Part shown: positions 8,543 to 15,180 of the stretch, piece by piece | Layout: every line of letters begins with the position of its first letter | Numbering within the stretch: position 1 is the stretch's first letter | Translations under genes and position numbers: made by a program | Assembly: GCA_964419615.1 (NCBI GenBank) | Contig: CAYQPU010000035.1 | Coordinates: forward strand, 1 to 17,365 | Direction of reading: 5' to 3' | DNA from: an uncultured Methanosarcinales archaeon | Lineage (GTDB): Archaea > Nanobdellota > Nanobdellia > Woesearchaeales > JAGVZT01 | DNA: 17,365 nt | The notes under the pieces: model-generated | Seen by the model: the letters and a program-made list of their open reading frames with translations, nothing else | Database searches by the model: none | Told to the model about the DNA's origin: nothing

Positions 8543-9109
8543 TTAACTAGAATCCAATTTAACAGGATTTTGATTATAGTATCCCAATGCAATTTTAACC
8601 TCTCCCAAAAAAGGATATGTTCTTACACCAATGTAAGTTCCATCTGGTGAGTTTTGAAAATCAAGAGATTCCCAGGAAAGGGTTGAACCATTTTTTGGGA
8701 TATAATCAATTACTGATTCTTGTAAGTTTTCTGGAGATATTACTACAAAGTTATGGCCATGTTGTGCTTTGCTAAAAGCTAAAGCTTTTGCTACCTGGTA
8801 TAAAAATTCAAGATTTGCACCTTCTCTTCTAAACATTAAATTAGTGCAATCCAAATACATTTCACCATGAATGGTTAAATGATCAAATGATCTTCCTGGA
8901 ACCCTCTCACAATGAAGATATGCAGAATCTTCAATTCTATCTTCAAGCTCATAATTAATCCCAGTTTGTTTTAGTATTTTCTCCGCTTTTCTAATTTCCT
9001 TACTAGTCATTTCTGTTAGTTTATATAAATGAGGCATTCTATCTTCTAGGTGGTCTGTCATAGGATTTTTTCCTATTAACAACACTGGTAGATCTTTTCC
9101 TTTGTTCAC
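8543..9109 (-). CDS. Hypothetical protein (ORFan); GTG start, alternative ATG at 9061
   Basis: 188-codon ORF filling the gap between smc and the GT4 gene; no recognisable motif. Confidence 0.6.
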   Translation of the reverse strand: MNKGKDLPVLLIGKNPMTDHLEDRMPHLYKLTEMTSKEIRKAEKILKQTGINYELEDRIEDSAYLHCERVPGRSFDHLTIHGEMYLDCTNLMFRREGANLEFLYQVAKALAFSKAQHGHNFVVISPENLQESVIDYIPKNGSTLSWESLDFQNSPDGTYIGVRTYPFLGEVKIALGYYNQNPVKLDSS

Positions 9110-9207
9110 GATAGTATTGTAAGAATTACTTCAATAATAAAAAGATTGCTACTTCAAATAGGAAATATTAAAAATAACTTTTTTATCAGACTGCTGTGAC
9201 AAAAACT

Positions 9208-10332
9208 TCACATTTTTTCTAGAATCTCAACTATCTGTTCTGAAGTTGTTTTCCAGTTGAAGTTTTCTTCTACTGTTTTTCTGCCATTTAGTGATAGAAG
9301 TTTTCTTAGTTTTTTACTTTTGATTAATTTTTCAAGATGTGTTGTTAGTCCTTCTACATCTTTTTTACTAAAGATTAATCCATTGTATCCATCACTGATT
9401 GCTGTTACTGCTAAACCTACTGGCGTTGTTATGACTGGTATTCCTGATGACATTGCTTCTAGTGTAGATAGGCCTGTTGTTTCTGTTAATGATGGCATTA
9501 CAAAGATGTCCATTGCACCATAATAGTCTGTTACGTTTTCTACAAAACCAGTTACCTTAATGTTATGTTTTCTTGAGTATTTTTTATAGTGTTCACCATC
9601 ACCGACTAAGACTAATAGTGCATTTTTGTCATTGAGATTTTGAAATGCATCAACCAATGTATGAATATCCTTTTCGTCACTTAGTCTACCGCAGTATCCT
9701 ATGACTGTTTTTTCTGGATCTATTCCAAGTTTCTTTTTTGCAATTCTTTTAGATCTTACTGGTTGGAATTTTTCCAGATCAACTCCCAGTTTTACTGTTT
9801 GTTTTTTTGCCTTTATTCCAGCCTTGTTTAATACATCTATTAATGAATCAGATGGAACCATGATTAAGTCACACATATTACATAAGAATCTCATTTGGAT
9901 TTTGACAAATTCGGATGTAAGCTTTTGAAACCATTTCGGTCCTCCTATGATTAAAGATAATTGTTCCCAACCGATTTGATGAAAGTACATAGCAACTGGT
10001 TTTCCGAGTAGTTTTGCGAGTATTATGGATGATGCTCCAAGATATGGCAAAGATTGTATAAAAACAAGGTCTGATTTCTTGACATCTTGCATTAAGTCGT
10101 GTGTTGGTATTGGTGGATGATAGTCACAGCCAGCATCAATTTTTAAGAATTTGACAATTGGGTAGAATTTAATTGAAGCTCCAAAAAAATGTATGAAGTG
10201 CCCACCATAGTTTGGAGCAAGGACTTTTACTTGGAACTTGCCAACTAAGTCTGGAACCATTTTTTCTGAGAATCTCATTACCCCATCTACTTTTGGGTAG
10301 AATGTGTCCAGTACATAAAGTATTTTTTTCAT
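9208..10332 (-). CDS. Glycosyltransferase family 4 (GT-B, retaining)
   Basis: N-terminal DTFYPKVDGV, GYCGRLSDEKD donor-binding motif, and PSLTETTGLSTLEAMSSGIPVI (EX7E). Confidence 0.93.
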   Translation of the reverse strand: MKKILYVLDTFYPKVDGVMRFSEKMVPDLVGKFQVKVLAPNYGGHFIHFFGASIKFYPIVKFLKIDAGCDYHPPIPTHDLMQDVKKSDLVFIQSLPYLGASSIILAKLLGKPVAMYFHQIGWEQLSLIIGGPKWFQKLTSEFVKIQMRFLCNMCDLIMVPSDSLIDVLNKAGIKAKKQTVKLGVDLEKFQPVRSKRIAKKKLGIDPEKTVIGYCGRLSDEKDIHTLVDAFQNLNDKNALLVLVGDGEHYKKYSRKHNIKVTGFVENVTDYYGAMDIFVMPSLTETTGLSTLEAMSSGIPVITTPVGLAVTAISDGYNGLIFSKKDVEGLTTHLEKLIKSKKLRKLLSLNGRKTVEENFNWKTTSEQIVEILEKM

Positions 10333-10976
10333 CGTATTTTAAAAAACCTCTCTGCAAACTTTACATGATGTGAATGCCCATGAACTGCAGCCTTTGCATA
10401 TATGTTTCCATACAAAATGATTAATGACGACCACTGGCTGGCAAAGCACTTTAAGGCATTTATTTTTTTTGCAAATGTACTTGATATATCAACATATAAT
10501 CTAGGGTATTCTATTCTGTGAAAATCAAGCAGGTTCCAAACATCAAACATATAGACTTCTGTTTTAAATTTGTTTTCATCAACAATGTCCAAAACAATTT
10601 TGGTTACTGCTTTGTGGTCTCGATGTGGATCAAGTAAATTATGAGTAAAGATTTTTGTTGGTTTTAATCTTTTAATTGTTGTTGCAAGTTTTTGTTTTAT
10701 CTTATTTTTTTCTGTCTCTTCTGCAAATTTTCCTTCTTCCAGTCCGTAATATAAAGATCGTTTATATCCCAATACTTCTCTTGCAGCTTCTGCTTCTTTT
10801 TTCCTCATCTTGGTTGATACATGTTTTTTTAGCCAATGATGACTTAATTCACCATATGAGAATCTAATAACAGATACATTCTTGCCTTCTTCTATGTATT
10901 TTGCTATTGTCCCACCCACTCCTAAAACAGCATCATCTGGATGCGCAGCAATAACAAGTATGTTTTCTTTAGGCAT
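10329..10976 (-). CDS. PIG-L/LmbE family N-acetylglucosaminyl deacetylase (MshB/BshB-like); likely start ATG 10976
   Basis: ILVIAAHPDDAVLGVGGTI (HxDD metal motif), RKKEAEAAREVLG, THNLLDPHRDH (HxDH), VDIS...KKINALKCFASQ, AERF. ATGA overlap with the GT4 gene. Confidence 0.92.
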   Translation of the reverse strand: MPKENILVIAAHPDDAVLGVGGTIAKYIEEGKNVSVIRFSYGELSHHWLKKHVSTKMRKKEAEAAREVLGYKRSLYYGLEEGKFAEETEKNKIKQKLATTIKRLKPTKIFTHNLLDPHRDHKAVTKIVLDIVDENKFKTEVYMFDVWNLLDFHRIEYPRLYVDISSTFAKKINALKCFASQWSSLIILYGNIYAKAAVHGHSHHVKFAERFFKIR

Positions 10977-11027
10977 ATTAAATATCAATCTAGAAATGGT
11001 TAATATATGTTTTGGTTAATAATAAAA

Positions 11028-11035
11028 TTATTAAA
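11028..11035 (+). promoter_or_regulatory. Putative TATA box (TTATTAAA) of the inositol monophosphatase gene
   Basis: At -30..-23 from the ATG at 11058. A divergent TATATTAA (11007..11000, minus strand) sits -31..-24 from the PIG-L ATG. Confidence 0.5.
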
Positions 11036-11057
11036 GAACAATACTATAATTTTTAAT

Positions 11058-11843
11058 ATGTACAAAAAAGAGCTTAAAACCGCAATAAAAGCTGCTAAAG
11101 AGGCAGGTAAATTTCTGTTAGAACATAGGAAAGATGTTGAATTACTTAAAACAAAGAGCACTTTTAAGGATATTGTGACTGATGCTGATCTTGGTTCTGA
11201 GGATATTATTGTTGATATGATTAAACAGGAGTTTCCTGATGATAATTTTTTGACTGAGGAAGCAGGGGGAGAGATTTCCAAAGAGAGGTTATGGATTATT
11301 GATCCATTGGATGGGACTAGAAATTATGCTAATGGATTGTTTTATTTTTCTGTTGTTGTGGCTTTTTATGATAATGGAACTAAAGTTGGAGTTGTTTATG
11401 CGCCTGTGCTTGGTGAGTTGTTTTATGCAACAGAAGGAAAAGGGGCTTTTTTGAATGATGAAAAGCTTGTTATGAAGAATCCAGATCAAGCTTTAGCTGA
11501 TTGTGTTATTAACACGGGTTTTTGGTATTATAAGGATGATGAGCTTGACAGTTTGTTAAAGATTTTCAAAAAAGTATTGAGCAAAGCTACAGATGTTGTT
11601 AGATATGGTTCAGCAGCTCTAGATTTGTGTAATGTTGCTGCAGGTAGATTAGGTGGTTTTTTTGAACCTGGACTTAAGCCTTGGGATGTTGCTGCTGGAT
11701 CTCTTATTATAACAGAAGCTGGAGGAGCGGTTTCTGGATATGCTAAAGAGCTTGAGGTTCTAGATCCAAGAGAAGGGATAATTGGATCCAAAAACAAACA
11801 GATTATGGACGAGTTAAAAATAATTATTAATTCTGGTTTATAA
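11058..11843 (+). CDS. suhB: Inositol monophosphatase family protein (SuhB-like); likely start ATG 11058, not 11007
   Basis: VTDAD, FLTEE, WIIDPLDGTRNY, GSAALDLC.VAAG and WDVAAG motifs are all intact. Confidence 0.93.
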   Translation: MYKKELKTAIKAAKEAGKFLLEHRKDVELLKTKSTFKDIVTDADLGSEDIIVDMIKQEFPDDNFLTEEAGGEISKERLWIIDPLDGTRNYANGLFYFSVVVAFYDNGTKVGVVYAPVLGELFYATEGKGAFLNDEKLVMKNPDQALADCVINTGFWYYKDDELDSLLKIFKKVLSKATDVVRYGSAALDLCNVAAGRLGGFFEPGLKPWDVAAGSLIITEAGGAVSGYAKELEVLDPREGIIGSKNKQIMDELKIIINSGL

Positions 11844-12010
11844 AGCATTCCCAAGTTATCTTTATAAAAACTAATTACGACTAGAATCAATTACATGAGT
11901 AAATGCATATTACTTATTATAAAAGAATTATTGAGAGTACTATAATTGCCATATAATTTAATTAAGCAATCATCTTTATTTAAGCTTTTTTTTCAGATTA
12001 TTTATAAAAG

Positions 12011-12017
12011 TAAAAAA
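12011..12017 (-). terminator. Possible oligo-T terminator downstream of tRNA-Phe
   Basis: The minus strand reads TTTTTT then ACTTTT immediately after the discriminator base; oligo-T tracts act as archaeal terminators. Confidence 0.35.
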
Positions 12018-12032
12018 GTGGGACTGCTGGGA

Positions 12033-12181
12033 CTTTCATAACCTTTTACACAATTGACCAAAGGCTGCACATTTATGTGCATGAGTGGTGATTATCTTGT
12101 GTTAAGATACATCACCATATGTGACTGAAAGTCACATTACTTTTGGTCAAGCTTTTGCGCGCAAAGCGCGGAAAAGATTGA
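12033..12181 (-). other. 149-nt tRNA intron at T-loop position 59/60
   Basis: BHB motif: exon UUCA (54-57) pairs with intron UGAA (12038-12035); 3-nt bulges AA^U and AG^U; flanked by the T-stem and an intron basal stem AAUCUUUU/AAAAGGUU (one C-A mismatch next to the bulge). Confidence 0.88.
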
Positions 12182-12203
12182 TTTGAACCCAGGACACCAC
12201 GGT

Positions 12204-12234
12204 TTCCTCGCTTCAAGCTTTTTTGCTTTAAGCT
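12204..12234 (-). other. 31-nt tRNA intron at canonical position 37/38, relaxed BHB
   Basis: AGCTTAAAGCAAAAAAGCTTGAAGCGAGGAA; removing it restores the 7-nt anticodon loop CUGAAGA. Confidence 0.88.
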
Positions 12235-12295
12235 CTTCAGCCGTGTGCTCTCCCAGTCTGAGCTACAGTCCCACAATGATACTGGATTAAAAAAC

Positions 12296-12303
12296 TATAT
12301 TTA
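12296..12303 (-). promoter_or_regulatory. Putative TATA box of the tRNA gene (TAAATATA)
   Basis: At -31..-24 from mature G1 (12272). Confidence 0.5.
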
Positions 12304-12314
12304 TTACTTTCGGT

Positions 12315-12773
12315 CTATTCAACAGTTTCTTCTTCAATTGCCAGATCTTCTTGTTCAACTCCAATATCTTCTACTGGAACTGGTTTTTCAGGATCTAGTT
12401 TTTTTTGTTCTGGCTCTGCTGGAGCTTCCTTTGGTTTTTCTTCTTCAGCCGGAGCTTCCTCGGCTGCTGGCTCTGGCGCTTCACCTGCACCAACAACATT
12501 AAGAGTACCATTTCTACCAGTTGAAACTTGCATTTCTCCTTGGTATTCTTTGGCCCAGCCTTCTTTTAGCTCAATTTTGTCTCCCATGTTTACTTTGTCA
12601 ACGTCTTCGTTCCAAAGGCTCATCTTAGCACTGCCTGTTTCATCTTTGACTGTGACTGTACAGACTCTGCCAGTTTTGCCGAATTTTGAGAATTCTCTTG
12701 TATCTCCTTTTTCAACAACATCTGCTACTAAGATGTCAACTGCTGTATTTGGTTTTAATTCTCCTATTTTCAT
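12315..12773 (-). CDS. ssb: Single-OB-fold ssDNA-binding protein (crenarchaeal SSB/RPA-like) with acidic Pro/Ala/Glu-rich tail
   Basis: KIGELKPN...DETG...LW...W..Y.G.MQV closely parallels Sulfolobus-type SSB. Stacking aromatics W54, W73, Y77; the last ~55 aa are acidic and low-complexity. Confidence 0.87.
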   Translation of the reverse strand: MKIGELKPNTAVDILVADVVEKGDTREFSKFGKTGRVCTVTVKDETGSAKMSLWNEDVDKVNMGDKIELKEGWAKEYQGEMQVSTGRNGTLNVVGAGEAPEPAAEEAPAEEEKPKEAPAEPEQKKLDPEKPVPVEDIGVEQEDLAIEEETVE

Positions 12774-14230
12774 TTTTTTACCTCCTTAAACATAATTTCT
12801 TTGTTTAATAATTTCTTAAGCGTTTTGTTAAGATCATCAATTTTGATTCTTGCTTGCTCTGTTGTGTCCCTATCCCTGATTGTGACTGAATTATCCTTTA
12901 GTGTGTCATAGTCAATTGTTACACAATAAGGTGTTCCAACTTCATCTTGTCTTGCATATCTTCTACCTATGCTTCCTCCTTTATCATAAAAACTGTTAAA
13001 ACAGGTTTTGATTGCACTATATACTTCTTTTGCTTTTTCTCCAACTCCGTCTTTGTTAACTAACGGAAAAACAGCAACTTTAGTTGGTGCAAGTTTTGGA
13101 TCAAGCTTTAATACAATATTTCCTCTTTCCTTGTCATCACAATAAGCATCACTTATGAAAACCAAAAATGCTCTGTCAACGCCTTGTGAAGGTTCTGCTA
13201 CAACATAAGGTACAACTTTGTTGTTATCTTCTTGTATGAATAATGAAAAATCTTTTTTTGAAAATTTCATGTGTTCTTTTAAGTCAAAGTCAGTTCGGTT
13301 CGCCATTCCTTGCAGCTCTTTCCATCCAAATGAGAAATTGTATTCAAGATCCCAAGTATCAAGTGCATAATGACTTTTTTCTGTCTGCACATGCTGCCGG
13401 ATTCTGAAGTTATCTGGTGCTGCGCCTAAACCTACAAACCATTTATGTTCAATTGCCAGCCAGTAGGCATGCCATTGGGTTTGAATTATTTTCTTGTCAA
13501 GAGCTTGTTTAATTGTCATTTTTTGCCCATCTTCTTTTTTGGATTGCATTTCATCTGACAAGATAATTATCTCATGATCCATTACTTCCTTTATAAACGG
13601 ACAGTTGTCAACATTTTTTGGATGGATAAAATATTCAATTTCCATTTGTTCAAATTCTCTGCATCTAAATAAGAAGTTTCTTGGTGAGATTTCGTTTCTA
13701 AATGCTTTTCCAATTTGAGCTATACCAAATGGAAGTTTTAATCTTGAGGTTTCAACTATCTGTTTAAAATCAACAAACATTATTTGAGCTGTTTCAGGTC
13801 TTAAGTAAGCGGTCATGGACTCTTCCTTTATTGGGCCAACCTGCGTTGTGAACATTGGGTTAAACTCCCCTTTGTCTTCATAATCTCCACCACATTTTTC
13901 ACACTTTGCTTTTCCTACTTCAAATTTGTCAAGCTTGTTTTTCAAGCCACATTTTTTGCATACTACTGCAACATCAATAAAGCTTCCTACATGTCCTGAT
14001 GCTTCCCACACTTTTGGATGAGTGATTATACTTCCATCTATCCCAACAATGTCATCTCTATCCTGAACATGAAATTTCCACCAAGAATCCTTAATATTTT
14101 TCTTAAGTTCTGTTCCAAGCGGCCCGTAATCAAAGAATCCGGCATATCCCCCATATATCTCAGAAGAAGGAAAGACTAGCCCTTTCTTTTTACAAAATGT
14201 TGCCAGATCCTCTATACTAATTGTTGACAT
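12770..14230 (-). CDS. glyS: Glycine--tRNA ligase, alpha2 (homodimeric) type
   Basis: YLRPETAQ, QIGKAFRNEISPRNFLFRCREFEQMEIEYF, SHYA, GWKELQGMANRTDFDL, EPSQGVDR, and the anticodon-binding domain IGRRYARQDEVGTPYCVTID. A CxxC...CxxC insertion is present. Confidence 0.97.
   Translation of the reverse strand: MSTISIEDLATFCKKKGLVFPSSEIYGGYAGFFDYGPLGTELKKNIKDSWWKFHVQDRDDIVGIDGSIITHPKVWEASGHVGSFIDVAVVCKKCGLKNKLDKFEVGKAKCEKCGGDYEDKGEFNPMFTTQVGPIKEESMTAYLRPETAQIMFVDFKQIVETSRLKLPFGIAQIGKAFRNEISPRNFLFRCREFEQMEIEYFIHPKNVDNCPFIKEVMDHEIIILSDEMQSKKEDGQKMTIKQALDKKIIQTQWHAYWLAIEHKWFVGLGAAPDNFRIRQHVQTEKSHYALDTWDLEYNFSFGWKELQGMANRTDFDLKEHMKFSKKDFSLFIQEDNNKVVPYVVAEPSQGVDRAFLVFISDAYCDDKERGNIVLKLDPKLAPTKVAVFPLVNKDGVGEKAKEVYSAIKTCFNSFYDKGGSIGRRYARQDEVGTPYCVTIDYDTLKDNSVTIRDRDTTEQARIKIDDLNKTLKKLLNKEIMFKEVKK
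12780..12785 (-). promoter_or_regulatory. Shine-Dalgarno GGAGGT for ssb, inside the glyS 3' end
   Basis: The minus strand reads AAGGAGGTAAAAAAATG; the ssb ATG overlaps the glyS TGA. Confidence 0.7.
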
Positions 14231-14262
14231 AGAACGGGTTTATATATAATTGTTTAAATAAT

Positions 14263-15117
14263 TTATTGTTTTTTACTGCCCAGATCAATTATTAAGTAAT
14301 CTAAAGAACTAGCATGTATTATGGGGATGATTTTTGAGTCTTCTTCTAAATGAAGACCTCCTACTGTTCCCATGCATATTCCCTCTACTTGTGATGTGCA
14401 ATCAACCATGGTTACTCCCATTGAGACTTCCCTATCAGCATTGTATTCATCAATCTGCTTTTTATTCTCTCGTATTCTTAATGCATATCCGTTTGCTTTA
14501 AGATATTTATCTGGAATTTCCTTTGACAATCCCTCAACCTGATCATATAGATGATAGCACGAGGGTGCAACATTGGTGCGCAGGAATAGATATAGATCAT
14601 TATCAATTTCTTGTAAAGCTTTGTATTGTTCAGTAGACATTTTTGATTGATCGTCAATTAGTGCGTCTTCAACAGAACACTTTATGTCAGCAACAATTTT
14701 ACTTAAATCTTTCATAATCTGGTTATTCACTTTTTCTCCGCCAATTAGATCTATACCTACAAAAGTTGTGCTTGGGCTCTTACTATACCAATCAATCATA
14801 GCACTTGCTACATATCCCATTCCAAGATCATATTTTGCACGTTGATAAAAAGTTTCAATGGAGATTTCACCTTCCTGAAAAGAAGTAATATCATCTGATG
14901 CATCAAGCTCTTGTGCTTTGGCATAATTAAGTGTTCTCCCAGATTCAATTCCTTCACAAAAGAAGTAAACTGGTTTTAATCCGGTGAAAAGCGATTCAGG
15001 AGAGGCTAATGTTCGTAAAAAATGTTCTTCTGCTGTAACTATTAGCTGAGGGTTTTCCCCTCTTTGAGCGATTATTCTGGCTCCCTTTGCCAACATCTCT
15101 TCAATTACGTCTTGCAT
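14263..15117 (-). CDS. Hypothetical protein, probable EreA/ChaN/TIKI-TraB-like superfamily hydrolase
   Basis: Motif order LIVTAEEH (GExH-like), FFCEG, FVGID and C-terminal GTVGGLHL (vGxxH) matches that superfamily. It has its own TATA box TTTTAAAT at 15147-15140. Confidence 0.5.
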   Translation of the reverse strand: MQDVIEEMLAKGARIIAQRGENPQLIVTAEEHFLRTLASPESLFTGLKPVYFFCEGIESGRTLNYAKAQELDASDDITSFQEGEISIETFYQRAKYDLGMGYVASAMIDWYSKSPSTTFVGIDLIGGEKVNNQIMKDLSKIVADIKCSVEDALIDDQSKMSTEQYKALQEIDNDLYLFLRTNVAPSCYHLYDQVEGLSKEIPDKYLKANGYALRIRENKKQIDEYNADREVSMGVTMVDCTSQVEGICMGTVGGLHLEEDSKIIPIIHASSLDYLIIDLGSKKQ

Positions 15118-15180
15118 AAGTAGAAGTGAAGAAGTTTGTATTTAAAACACTTTCTTATTTTCTTACTAAAAAGTAACATA

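Larger units (their letters stand above)
12019..12272 (-). tRNA. trnF: tRNA-Phe (anticodon GAA) with two introns (37/38 and 59/60); CCA not encoded
   Basis: Exons 12272-12235, 12203-12182 and 12032-12019 join to GGGACTG TA GCTC AGACTGGGA GAGC A CACGG CTGAAGA CCGTG GTGTC CTGGG TTCAAAT CCCAG CAGTCCC A. All four stems pair fully. Anticodon at 12238-12236. Confidence 0.95.

Noticed and set aside
9257-10867. Small ORFs overlapping GT4 and PIG-L
   Set aside because: Antisense or out-of-frame shadows of well-supported genes.
11007-11057. N-terminal extension MFWLIIKLLKNNTIIFN of the IMPase
   Set aside because: It covers the divergent promoter region; TATA spacing and the family N-terminus favour ATG 11058.
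11528-11890. 120-aa minus-strand ORF
   Set aside because: Antisense to the IMPase, which has intact catalytic motifs.
11844-12010. AT-rich intergenic stretch considered as a replication origin or ncRNA
   Set aside because: No ORB-like G-string repeats, no adjacent cdc6/orc1 and no convincing stem; most simply a convergent terminator region.
12054-12170. Hairpin series as a CRISPR array or nested BHB intron
   Set aside because: The hairpins differ in sequence, so there is no repeat-spacer periodicity, and none shows two 3-nt bulges separated by a 4-bp helix.
12033-12181. Box C/D guide RNA inside the long tRNA intron
   Set aside because: Only a degenerate C-box (GUGAUGU, 12115-12109) buried in a stem, with no CUGA D-box on the transcribed strand. 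The CTGA at 12125-12128 is on the antisense strand.
12198-12245. Alternative reading as tRNA-Ser(GGA) by shifting the intron boundaries
   Set aside because: There is no long variable arm; G37, the D-arm and the BHB geometry fit Phe(GAA) with a 37/38 intron.
12245-12789. Plus-strand ORFs of 85 and 79 aa
   Set aside because: Antisense to ssb and overlapping the tRNA; the Leu/Phe/Ser-rich composition reflects the opposite strand.
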